The notes beneath the pieces are model-generated. The model did no database searches. It saw only the letters and a list, made by a program, of their open reading frames with translations, and was not told where the DNA came from. Shown here in pieces: positions 51,320 through 64,000 of a DNA stretch of 64,000 nucleotides. Both the position numbers and the translations under genes were made by a program. The DNA comes from Nemertoderma westbladi (lineage: Eukaryota; Animalia; Xenacoelomorpha). The stretch covers positions 8,743 through 72,742 of the forward strand of contig JAUCBJ010006257.1 of assembly GCA_032718475.1 (NCBI GenBank), in the 5' to 3' direction. Within the stretch, counting starts at the first letter, position 1; each line of letters begins with the position of its first letter.

Positions 51320-54300
51320 ATAATTATTCCCTATTATTGCATTTATTTCCTAATGGTAGTATTTCATTCCAGTTGCTATATTCCCTATTGCTATAACTAC
51401 GTATCGCTTTTATTTCACATTGCTATTATTGTTTCCTTCCAGTTGTCAATTTCTTATTGCTATTGTTTTTCTGTATAGGAAATATCACTGCCAATAGGAA
51501 ATAAAAGCATAATAATTCCATAATTATAATAGCATAATAATTTCACATCGCTATTATTTCCTAAATTGCTAATACTTCCTATTGGTATCAGGGTATTATT
51601 TCTTCCTACAGTCCTATTGATTATTTCCTAAAGGCTATTAGTTCCTATTGCTATTATTTCCTTTTGCTATTATTTCCTATTGCTATTATTTCTTATTGCT
51701 ACTATTTCCCATTGCTATTATTTCATATTCCTATTATTTCCTATTCCTATTATTTCCCATTGCTATTATCTCCTATTGCTATTATTTCCTATTAATATTA
51801 TTTCCTATTCCTATTATTTCCTATTGCTATTATTTCCTATTCCTATTATTTCCCATTCCTATTATTTCCTATTCCTATTATTTCCCGTTGCTATTATTTC
51901 ATATTCGTATTATTATTTCATATTGGTATTATTTCCTATTGGTACCGGTATTATTTCTTATTGCTATTATTTCCTATTGCTATTATTTCCCATTGCTATT
52001 ATTTCCTATTGCTATTATTTCTTATTGCTATTATTTCCTGTTGCTATTATTTCATATTCGTATTATTTCCTATTGCTATTATTTCTTATTGCTATTATTT
52101 CCCATTGCTATTATTTCCTATTGCTATTATTTCTTATTGCTATTATTTCATATTAATATTATTTCCTATTGCTATTATTTCTTATTGCTATTATTTCCTA
52201 TTGCTATTATTTCCTATTCCTATTATTTCCTGTTGCTATTATTTCATATTCGTATTATTTCCTATTGCTATTATTTCTTATTGCTATTATTTCCCATTGC
52301 TATTATTTCCTATTGCTATTATTTCTTATTGCTATTATTTCATATTAATATTATTTCCTATTGCTATTATTTCTTATTGACGTTATTTCCTATTGCTATT
52401 ATTTCCTATTGCTATTATTTCATATTCGTATTATTATCTCATATTGGTATTATTTCCTATTGGTACCGGTATTATTTCTTATTGCTATTATTTCCTATTG
52501 CTATTATTTCTTATTGCTATTATTTCCTATTGCTATTATTTCTTATTGCTATTATTTCCCATTGCTATTATTTCCTATTGCTATTATTTCTTATTGCTAT
52601 TATTTCATATTAATATTATTTCCTATTGGTACCGGTATTATTTCTTATTGCTATTATTTCCTATTGCTATTATTTCTTATTGCTATTATTTCCTATTGCT
52701 ATTATTTCTTATTGCTATTATTTCCCATTGCTATTATTTCCTATTGCTATTATTTCCTATTGCTATTATTTCTTATTGCTATTATTTCCCATTGCTATTA
52801 TTTCCTATTGCTATTATTTCTTATTGCTATTATTTCTTATTGATGTTATTTCCTATTGCTATTATTTCCTATTGCTATTATTTCATATTCGTATTATTAT
52901 TTCATATTGGTATTATTTCCTATTGGTACCGGTATTATTTCCTATTGCTATTATTTCTTATTGCTATTATTTCCCATTCCTATTATTTCCTATTCCTATT
53001 ATTTCCCGTTGCTATTATTTCATATTCGTATTATTATTTCATATTGGTATTATTTCCTATTGGTACCGGTATTATTTCCTATTGCTATTATTTCTTATTG
53101 CTATTATTTCCTATTGCTATTATTTCCTATTCCTATTATTTCCTGTTGCTATTATTTCATATTCGTATTATTATTTCATATTGGTATTATTTCCTATTGG
53201 TACCGGTATTATTTCATATTGCTATTATTTCATATTGGTATTATTTCATATTGGTATTATTTCCTATTAATATTATTTCCCATTGCTATTATTTCATATT
53301 GGATTGGTATTATTTCCTATTGGTACCGGTATTATTTCTTATTGCTATTATTTCCTATTGCTATTATTTCTTATTGCTATTATTTCCTATTGCTATTATT
53401 TCTTATTGCTATTATTTCCTATTGCTATTATTTCCTATTCCTATTATTTCCCGTTGCTATTATTTCCTATTCGTATTATTTCCTATTCCTATTATTTCCC
53501 ATTGCTATTATTTCCTATTGCTATTATTTCCTATTGCTATTATTTCCTATTGCTATTATTTCCTATTGCTATTATTTCCTATTAATATTATTTCCTATTC
53601 CTATTATTTCCCATTGCTATTATTTCCTATTGCTATTATTTCCCATTGCTATTATTTCCCATTGCTATTATTTCCTATTGCTATTATTTCCTATTGCTAT
53701 TATTTCCTATTGCTATTATTTCCTATTGCTATTATTTCCTATTAATATTATTTCCTATTCCTATTATTTCCCATTGCTATTATTTCCTATTGCTATTATT
53801 TCCCATTGCTATTATTTCCTATTGCTATTATTTCCCATTGCTATTATTTCCTATTGCTATTATTTCCTATTGCTATTATTTCCTATTCCTATTATTTCCC
53901 ATTGCTATTATTTCCTATTGCTATTATTTCCCATTGCTATTATTTCCTATTGCTATTATTTCCCATTGCTATTATTTCCTATTGCTATTATTTCCTATTG
54001 CTATTATTTCCTATTGCTATTATTTCCTATTAATATTATTTCCTATTCCTATTATTTCCTATTCCTATTATTTCCTATTGCTATTACTTCCTATTCCTAT
54101 TATTTCCCATTCCTATTATTTCCTATTCCTATTATTTCCCGTTGCTATTATTTCATGTTCGTATTATTATTTCATATTGGTATTATTTCCTATTGGTACC
54201 GGTATTATTTCTTATTGCTATTATTTCTTATTGATATTATTTCCTATTGGTACCGATATTATTTCCTATTGCTATTATTTCCTATTGCTATTATTTCCCA

Positions 54301-57300
54301 TTGCTATTATTTCCTATTGCTATTATTTCTTATTGCTATTATTTTCTATTCCTATTATTTCCTATTCCTATTATTTCCCGTTGCTATTATTTCATATTCG
54401 TATTATTATTTCATATTGCTATTATTTCATATTGGTATTATTTCATATTGGTATTATTTCCTATTAATATTATTTCCCATTGCTATTATTTCATATTGGA
54501 TTGGTATTATTTCCTATTAATATTATTTCCCATTGCTATTATTTCATATTGGATTGGTATTATTTCCTATTAATATTATTTCCCATTGCTATTATTTCAT
54601 ATTGGATTGGTATTATTTCCTATTGGTACCGGTATTATTTCATATTGGTATTATTTCATATTGGTATTATTTCATATTGGTATTATTTCCTATTAATATT
54701 ATTTCCCATTGCTATTATTTCATATTGGATTGGTATTATTTCCTATTAATATTATTTCCCATTGCTATTATTTCATATTGGATTGGTATTATTTCCTATT
54801 GGTACCGGTATTATTTATTATTGCTATTATTTCCTATTGCTATTATTTCTTATTGCTATTATTTCATATTGCTATTATTTCTTATTGCTATTATTTCCTA
54901 TTGCTATTATTTCCTATTGCTATTATTTCCTATTGCTATTATTTCCTATTAATATTATTTCCTATTCCTATTATTTCCTATTGCTATTATTTCCTATTCC
55001 TATTATTTCCCATTCCTATTATTTCCTATTCCTATTATTTCCCGTTGCTATTATTTCATGTTCGTATTATTATTTCATATTGGTATTATTTCCTATTGGT
55101 ACCGGTATTATTTCTTATTGCTATTATTTCTTATTGATATTATTTCCTATTGCTATTATTTCCCATTGCTATTATTTCCTATTGCTATTATTTCATATTG
55201 GTATTATTTCCTATTAATATTATTTCCCATTGCTATTATTTCATATTGGATTGGTATTATTTCCTATTAATATTATTTCCCATTGCTATTATTTCATATT
55301 GGATTGGTATTATTTCCTATTAATATTATTTCCCATTGCTATTATTTCATATTGGATTGGTATTATTTCCTATTGGTACCGGTATTATTTCATATTGCTA
55401 TTATTTCATATTGGTATTATTTCATATTGGTATTATTTCCTATTAATATTATTTCCCATTGCTATTATTTCATATTGGATTGGTATTATTTCCTATTAAT
55501 ATTATTTCCCATTGCTATTATTTCATATTGGATTGGTATTATTTCCTATTGGTACCGGTATTATTTCCTATTGGTACCGGTATTATTTCCTATTCCTATT
55601 ATTTCTTATTGCTATTATTTCCTATTGCTATTATTTCTTATTGCTATTATTTCCTATTGCTATTATTTCTTATTGCTATTATTTCCTATTGCTATTATTT
55701 CCTATTCCTATTATTTCCCGTTGCTATTATTTCATATTCGTATTATTATTTCATATTTCCTATTGCTATTATTTCTTATTCGTATTATTATCTCATATTG
55801 GTATTATTTCCTATTGGTACCGGTATTATTTCTTATTGCTATTATTTCCTACTGGTATTATTTCCTATTGCTATTATTTCATATTGGTATTATTTCATAT
55901 TGGTATTATTTCCTATTAATATTATTTCCCATTGCTATTATTTCATATTGGATTGGTATTATTTCCTATTAATATTATTTCCCATTGCTATTATTTCATA
56001 TTGGATTGGTATTATTTCCTATTAATATTATTTCCCATTGCTATTATTTCATATTGGATTGGTATTATTTCCTATTGGTACTGGTATTATTTCATATTGC
56101 TATTATTTCATATTGGTATTATTTCATATTGGTATTATTTCCTATTAATATTATTTCCCATTGCTATTATTTCATATTGGATTGGTATTATTTCCTATTA
56201 ATATTATTTCCCATTGCTATTATTTCATATTGGATTGGTATTATTTCCTATTGGTACCGGTATTATTTCCTATTGGTACCGGTATTATTTCCTATTCCTA
56301 TTATTTCTTATTGCTATTATTTCCTATTGCTATTATTTCTTATTGCTATTATTTCCTATTGCTATTATTTCTTATTGCTATTATTTCCTATTGCTATTAT
56401 GTCCTATTCCTATTATTTCCCGTTGCTATTATTTCATATTCGTATTATTATTTCATATTGGTATTATTTCCTATTGCTATTATTTCATATTCGTATTATT
56501 ATCTCATATTGGTATTATTTCCTATTGGTACCGGTATTATTTCTTATTGCTATTATTTCTTATTGCTATTATTTCCTATTGCTATTATTTCATATTCGTA
56601 TTATTATTTCATATTGGTATTATTTCCTATTGCTATTATTTCATATTCGTATTATTATCTCATATTGGTATTATTTCCTATTGGTACCGGTATTATTTCT
56701 TATTGCTATTATTTCTTATTGCTATTATTTCCTATTGCTATTATTTCATATTCGTATTATTATCTCATATTGGTATTATTTCCTATTGGTACCGGTATTA
56801 TTTCCTATTGCTATTATTTCCTATTCCTATTATTTCCCGTTGCTATTATTTCATATTCGTATTATTATTTCATATTGGTATTATTTCCTATTGCTATTAT
56901 TTCATATTCGTATTATTATCTCATATTGGTATTATTTCCTATTGGTACCGGTATTATTTCTTATTGCTATTATTTCTTATTGTTATTATTTCCTATTGCT
57001 ATTATTTCATATTCGTATTATTATTTCATATTGGTATTATTTCCTATTGCTATTATTTCATATTCGTATTATTATCTCATATTGGTATTATTTCCTATTG
57101 GTACCGGTATTATTTCTTATTGCTATTATTTCCTATTGGTACCGGTATTATTTACTATTGCTATTATTTCACAGCTATTATTTCCTATTGCTATTATTTC
57201 CTATTCCTATTATTTCCCATTCCTATTATTTCCTATTCCTATTATTTCCCGTTGCTATTATTTCATATTCGTATTATTATTTCATATTGGTATTATTTCC

Positions 57301-58995
57301 TATTGGTACCGGTATTATTTCTTATTGCTATTATTTCTTATTGCTATTATTTCCTATTGCTATTATTTCATATTCGTATTATTATTTCATATTGGTATTA
57401 TTTCCTATTGCTATTATTTCATATTCGTATTATTATCTCATATTGGTATTATTTCCTATTGGTACCGGTATTATTTCTTATTGCTATTATTTCTTATTGC
57501 TATTATTTCCTATTGGTACCGGTATTATTTACTATTGCTATTATTTCACAGCTATTATTTCCTATTGCTATTATTTCCTATTCCTATTATTTCCCATTCC
57601 TATTATTTCCTATTCCTATTATTTCCCGTTGCTATTATTTCATATTCGTATTATTATCTCATATTGGTATTATTTCCTATTGGTACCGGTATTATTTACT
57701 ATTGCTATTATTTCACAGCTATTATTTCCTATTGCTATTATTTCCTATTCCTATTATTTCCCATTCCTATTATTTCCTATTCCTATTATTTCCCGTTGCT
57801 ATTATTTCATATTCGTATTATTATTTCATATTGGTATTATTTCCTATTGGTACCGGTATTATTTCTTATTGCTATTATTTCTTATTGCTATTATTTCCTA
57901 TCGCTATTATTTCTTATTGCTATTATTTCCCATTGCTATTATTTCATATTCGTATTATTATTTCATATTGCTATTATTTCCTATTGCTATTATTTCTTAT
58001 TGCTATTATTTCCTATCGCTATTATTTCTTATTGCTATTATTTCCCATTGCTATTATTTCATATTCGTATTATTATTTCATATTGCTATTATTTCCTATT
58101 GCTATTATTTCTTATTGCTATTATTTCCTATTGCTATTATTTCACAGCTATTATTTCCTATTGCTATTATTTCATATTCGTATTATTATTTCATATTGCT
58201 ATTATTTCCTATTGGATTGCTATTATTTCCTATTGCTATTATTTCTTATTGCTATTATTTCCTATTGCTATTATTTCACAGCTATTATTTCCTATTGCTA
58301 TTATTTCACAGCTATTATTTCCTATTGCTATTATTTCATATTCGTATTATTATTTCATATTGCTATTATTTCCTATTGCTATTATTTTATATTGCTAAGT
58401 TGCTATTATTTCCTATTGCTATTATTTCACAGCTATTATTTCCTATTGCTATTATTTCACAGCTATTATTTCCTATTGCTATTATTTCCCATTGCTATTA
58501 TTTCCTATTGCTATTATTTCCTATTCCTATTATTTCCTATTGCTATTATTTCCTATTAATATTATTTCCTATTGATATTATTTCCTATTGCTATTATTTC
58601 TTATTGCTATTATTTCCCATTGCTATTATTTCATATTCGTATTATTATTTCATATTCGTATTATTATTTCATATTGGTATTATTTCCTATTGGTACCGGT
58701 ATTATTTCTTATTGCTATTATTTCTTATTGCTATTATTTCCTATTGGTACCGGTATTATTTCCTATTGCTAATATTTCCTATTGCTATTATTTCTTATTG
58801 CTATTATTTCCTAATAATATTATTTCCTATTGATATTATTTCCTATTGCTATTATTTCCTAGTTATTATTTCCTATTCCTATTATTTCCCATTGCTATTA
58901 TTTCCTACTGTTATTATTTCATATTCATTCGTATTATTTCATATTGGTATTATTTCCTATTGGCATTATTACTGGTATATATTATTTCATATTGC
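51320..58995. repeat. 16-bp AT-rich satellite TATTATTTCCTATTGC with variants (about 450 copies) inside the AGL intron
   Basis: Directly visible, with degenerate edges. It produces spurious stop-free ORFs in all three + frames. A degenerate continuation lies at about 60515-60745. Confidence 0.98.
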
Positions 58996-59002
58996 GGTAA
59001 TA

Positions 59003-60502
59003 TCACATTTGAGGCACAGTGGTAAGAAATTTTTTTATCGATTCCCATATGCCCATGGCGAACCACTTATACTTTTTCCAAAAGTTTGTTGATTCAGCTA
59101 CGTCCATAGCAAACCACTCCTTTTCAAAGTTTGTTGATTCTTCTATGCCCTCATTAAGAAACCTAATTATTTGAAAGTTTATTTATTAACGTTTTATTTA
59201 TTAATTAATAGTAGTAATAATAACAATACTTGATTAGCATACATTGCACTGAAATATTGCATATAATTACCTAATTAACTAAAACTGCTAATTAACTACA
59301 GAACTTGAGAACTATGTATTAATAAATGGCACAAACTGCAAATTGATTTATTATTGTACAACATGACACAATTCCTATAAATATGCACTGTAATAATTGC
59401 TTAATAATAATTTGAGGTTGACTTAAAAAAACGTACTAAAAAATGATAAATTTAATTAAAAATTACTTAGTAGGCCTTATAAATTACATAATTAACTAAA
59501 AAAAATTATTATTAAAAATGTATTAATTATTGATTTGGCCTACATGAATAGGCTAATACTTACTGACTTAGTATAAATAAAATGCCACAACAAATTACTG
59601 TAAAGCAATCCACAACATAATTATATATATTGTAAGTGAAATTATTTAAAAATATATCATAAAAAATATTCATCATCAGTGCAGCAATGCGGGCAGAGAG
59701 ATTTGCCGATTCCGCATCTGGTGCATGTGCATCTCCACATGAGTCAGTGAGTTGATGAGCGTCAGGTCGACGCAGAGAACGAGACTTCCTCGAAGATACT
59801 TCATTGCCATCTAGCAACGACAACACGTTGGGGGTGTTTCCGGACCGAGATCGTGTCTGATCAACCACTGAAAGACCGCTGCAGCCTGCAGATGACGTCC
59901 GCCAAATCTCTGCTAATCGTAAATCGTCAAGGCACTTAAACTTTGCCTAACGACGGCCCGTCGGTACAATTGAACATCGCCATTTAAAATATTATTTGAC
60001 TAGGCCTATTTATTTGATAGCCTACTTACAGCGCAGTAGGTACCGGTTCGGTAGTGCTATACTGCGGTTGGCTGGTACTGGCTGGGCAGTCGCAGTAGAA
60101 CTGACTGTGGTCAAATTAAGAAGTATTTTTATAGAAAATACAGTTTTTTTTCACGTGCTGCGCGAAGGGCAAATCGTCCTCTGCAGCCGTAAAATTTACA
60201 TCACATTAAATACCGGTACACGACCTGGAGTGTCTGTATGTAGATTTTCCGGCAAAGTGAAGGAAAATTGAGGAAATGGTGCACATTTGAAAACAGGCAA
60301 AAATTGACTTTTTGAAAAAAAGCCATAAATTCATGATTTTCTATCGTGCTGCTCGAAGCGGAAAATCACCTAATTAAACAATTTTTTCCTATGATCTTAC
60401 ACATAGGTCAGAGAGTGTCTGTGTGAAATTTGAGACAAATTGGTCCAAAAATGGCCACTGGCTGACTGGGGAAAGGTGTTTGTCACTGTGCCTCAAATGT
60501 GA
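59003..60502. mobile_element. ~1.5-kb DNA transposon derivative with perfect TIR TCACATTTGAGGCACAGTG flanked by TA, inserted in the intronic satellite
   Basis: ta|tcacatttgaggcacagtg at 59001 and cactgtgcctcaaatgtga|ta ending 60504. Satellite-like sequence lies on both sides. Confidence 0.78.
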
Positions 60503-60993
60503 TAGAACCCATAGGCCTATTGCTGTATTGCTATACCGGTACCGTATATTATTACTTCATATTGATAATATTTCAGTATTTCGTATTGATATTATTTCCT
60601 TCCTATTGACATAATTTCCTATTTATTTCCTTTTGTCGTATTATTATTTCACATTGACATGTTCTATTGCTGTAATTTCCTATTGTATTGATATTATTTC
60701 CTATTGGCATTATTATTTCATATTGATATTATTTTCTAATTATATTACAGTATTAGTATCACAGCCATTTTTTATCTTCTGATTTTGGACAATAATGGGA
60801 CTTCATCCAAAAACATAAAGTAAAGCCGGTGACAGGGTGAAAATCTTATATCATATGTAATTTGGAATTTATATCTGTCAGTCTGTATAATTCAATTTCT
60901 GTATATACCAACCATCCCATCCCAATCCCACAAGTTAATAAGTTTATATCATAGGTTTTGAACAAGTGAACAAGTAAAATAACATACGCCTAC

Positions 60994-61572
60994 CTCAGGG
61001 AATGAGACGGAAGGACCAAGTCCAGGGTCCACCGCTAGCTGATCCGACAGAGAATAGGCGGAGTCGGAACCACCGCGTTGTTGGATAGGAGTCAGATGCA
61101 CCGCTGTGTATCCGGTCTCCTTGGCGACCAGCAGACGGCTCTCCCACTGGTCCAATGGGCCCAGACACTTAGTAAGATGGGTCTGCATACATATGGAGTC
61201 CATCCTAGCAGACGGGAATGGGTCCACTATGAAGTAACCGGAGCCGGCGGATTCTGAGTCCGAGTGGGTCAGGTAGAACTGGAAGGAACCCGCGCGTACC
61301 ATCTCGATCTCGGCGAACTGGTCGCTGTAGTCGGTTCGCGCAGGTTCGTCATGGAGAAAGTCGAGTTGACGGAAGGAGTCGCGAGCGAAGGGTTCGTCGG
61401 CGCTGGCAGGGTGGTTTGTGTAGAGACGGACCTTGTCTCGGGATAGGAGACTCGGACCGAGCAACAAATGGAGCTTCCATTTCTTCTGTAATCGGTACAG
61501 CGTGGACAAAGTGCACTGTCCGTCGTGCAGTGTCAGTCGTCGGATCTGGACCGTATCCGTGGGAATAGCCAT
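60994..61572 (-). CDS. AGL: AGL coding exon 1 (193 codons); intron 51238-60993 (9756 bp, phase 0); spliced protein about 1524 aa
   Basis: TLYRLQK, LYTNHP, AGSFQFY, GSGYFIVDP and QTHLTKCLGPLDQWESRLLVAKETGYTAVHLTPIQ are the AGL N-terminus. Donor GAG|GTAGGC. The in-frame join gives a length close to known AGL proteins. Confidence 0.93.
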
Positions 61573-61799
61573 CTTGAAAAATAAATCCTCTAAAGCTAAA
61601 AAAAGCTAAACTGCTAACAGTATAACTACTGAACATCAGAACATGAACTTTGAATTCTACCACCTGACCACTGCCAGACTGCTCCACTGACTGACCAGGC
61701 ACCGGCACGGCGGCACGATAGGTAAATAAACCTGTCAGCCTGTAATGTAGGTAGACAGTCAGACAGTGCAGTACAGCAGTAATACTGTAATAAGGGTTT

Positions 61800-62330
61800 G
61801 GGCTCTATCCTGTTTGGGGGCCTCCAGTCAGACAATGAACCCGGCAGCCCGGCGTAGCATTCTTGTGAATGTGCAATCCAGCAGTCCAGAGATTTGGTGT
61901 CCTCAGCAGTTAGAGCCCAGCACAGCAGCATGGACTCCCATCTGCCCATAGAGGACTACTGGCAGACTGGAACTAACTGACTACCGGTACTGCAGTACTG
62001 CTGCTCTAAATAATCGGACCTTAAGTTTCCGATTAATTTTTTGCGACTTCCAAATCCTGGAAAGCCTATTCAAGGCTGCCCATGCCTTTCCCTTAAACGT
62101 ATTCGAAGCCTCCCCCGACAGCCCGAATTCCTCACCTGACTTCCGGATCCATGATCCCAGGTAACAGAAGTCGCCCACATTCTCAAGCATACCATCTGAC
62201 CATCCTTTGAGCTTATGCTCATCCGATATCAGAGACTTGCTGAGGACTTTCAAAGTTAACTGTCAAAATTTTGGTCTTTCTGGAGTTAACAAAAAGACCA
62301 ACACTAGAAGCAGCATGTTCTAATGAGCTG
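61800..62330 (-). pseudogene. Degraded non-LTR retrotransposon RT C-terminal fragment (RTE-like)
   Basis: LEHAASSVGLFVNSRKTK...LENVGDFCYLGSWI...KAWAALNRLSRIWKS...KLKVRLFRAAV...VLYG, with frameshifts and stops. Confidence 0.75.
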
Positions 62331-62654
62331 AGGAACTAACGTACAGTCTGTGACTTACTCATTGCCTTAATTTACTTTCACTATACAGCTATACCTGATA
62401 CCGGTACCTGTAAGGTAAGCCATAGCTAGCATAAGCCGTTATGTATTTACTGTACTTTTGTTAGGCCTATCAGCCTATTTGTTGTGTCGTATTATTTCAC
62501 TTCAATTCGGAGAGAGGGCTGTTGCGCTGTCAGTCAGAGGTAACAACGCGTGGGGTAAGGATTTACCTCTGGGACCTGTATTAGGCAAAATAGCAGTAGC
62601 TGTGTAGACCCACCAGTACTGTGTGCTGTGCACGGTACAAGACCCAAAATTTAG

Positions 62655-63811
62655 CGGTATTAGTACGTTTGAACGACACTAGCCAAACAATCCTGAAATC
62701 AGATAGAAACTGATAAAAATTGTTACCGGTACCGGTATATCAGTATTGTTAGGCCTACTGTTACTTACTGGGCCTACTGTTAGTGTACTGTACTCGTGTA
62801 CTGGGAAACTTATCGAGACTGAGGAGCGCGCTATTGAGTTTGCACAAAGCGTGGAGCTTCTCCCCCGAACTCTACAACAAAATGGGCAACCAACCCTACA
62901 TCTTTGTCCTTTTCCGCCATTTCCGGGTTGTACTGCGCAATCTAAAATTACGCTGGTGAAGGACAGGGGATTCATGCGGCTTGTTTGGCGTTGTCTCTAA
63001 TAAGAACAAGCTGACAAGCGAACTGCACGTTCTGGAACGTGGTTTGAGAAGAGTCGATTCGCGGTGTGAATGTTGGTATAACAAACGCCACCAACCCGTG
63101 GTCTGCTACAGTACCAATGGAACAGGGACCTACATACATGAAACCGTCAACCATTCGTTAGAGTGGGTGAGTGCGACAGGCGCCCACACTCAACGTATAG
63201 ATAGAGTCGATGTGGGGCCACTTAAAGACGTCAGTCATCCGCAACATATTGCTGGCCACCTGGCAGAATTTCGGTGGAGACTTTTAAATCGCGACCGACC
63301 TTTCTCAAATCTCCTTGCATTTTTCAAACATTACTGCCCTTGCTGAATGTATACCATAACCAACCCAAACGGCCCTTTTCAGGGCCAACATATGAAATAA
63401 ACAACCGTATCGCAACAGCATTATTAGCTTGTCAGCTTGTAATATTTTTTTACAATAAGATACACCCCCAGTCGGAGTAAATATTAATTATAATATTGGT
63501 AATGTTTTACGGTAGAATGTAATTAAGATTACGTACGCGCACAGTAAATCGTAATTAAACTAATAGATTAAGCTAAAATATTAGCCCTACATACGGTAAT
63601 TAAGCTAGTAAATAATAGTAATAGTAGTAATAATAGTCTGATAATAGTAGTAGTAATATAAATTACATTAAAATAATACATTCCCTTCAAAGAACTTAAT
63701 AAATAATGCCCATGCAATCCGCAAGGTGGTGCACAATACTGCTATACCGGTACCATTATTTATCTGATTTTAGGCTTGTTTGGCTAGTGTCGTTCAAACG
63801 TACTAATACCG
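62655..63811 (+). mobile_element. Internally deleted Merlin (IS1595/ISXO2-like) DNA transposon with ~50-bp TIRs
   Basis: TIR cggtattagtacgtttgaacgacactagccaaacaa at both ends. Transposase remnants: IETEERAIEFAQ..ELL, LFGVV, HETVNHSLEWVSATGAHTQRI and HLAEFRWR. No TSD was seen. Confidence 0.8.
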
Positions 63812-64000
63812 GCTAACGGCACCTCGCTCTGTCGCATCAGTTTTTGTAGTGGTCTAGTTCCAGGCTACCAGAATCTGTTAGTGGATAATATAGAATCAGC
63901 ACATCCTGACATCTGTGCAACTCCTGAACTCAGGCGCGAGCATTTTACAGACAGATGGTGGTCTAATTTATATGGTCTTGTACGGCGAAACCGTGTATTA

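Noticed and set aside
51648-59092. Long hydrophobic ORFs up to 1035 aa
   Set aside because: They are open in all three frames because the 16-bp unit lacks stops, and they lie antisense within the AGL intron.

Overview
Eukaryotic, most likely invertebrate metazoan, genomic DNA in which roughly 55-60% is tandem repeat. The first 21.2 kb is a 27/28-bp satellite with kb-scale higher-order duplications. Three protein-coding genes are supported: an intronless hydroxylysine-kinase-like gene (+, 22541-23587), LZTR1 (-, 2 coding exons, about 774 aa) and the glycogen debranching enzyme AGL (-, 2 coding exons, about 1524 aa), whose 9.76-kb intron is filled by a 16-bp satellite. The remainder holds mini-satellites (14, 15, 16, 20, 23, 54 and 76 bp), MITE-like elements, a solo LTR nested in a TTAA-flanked element, a tRNA-SINE, an RTE-type RT fragment and a deleted Merlin transposon. 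The most notable observations are (1) a complete type I minimal hammerhead ribozyme directly downstream of Pol III A/B-box-like motifs, enclosed by perfect 89-bp inverted repeats (23812-24179), and (2) a 54-bp tandem array that appears to be the amplified 3' half of an elongator tRNA-Met, abutting a near-palindromic 15-bp array just downstream of LZTR1. All calls were made by eye and no searches were run.
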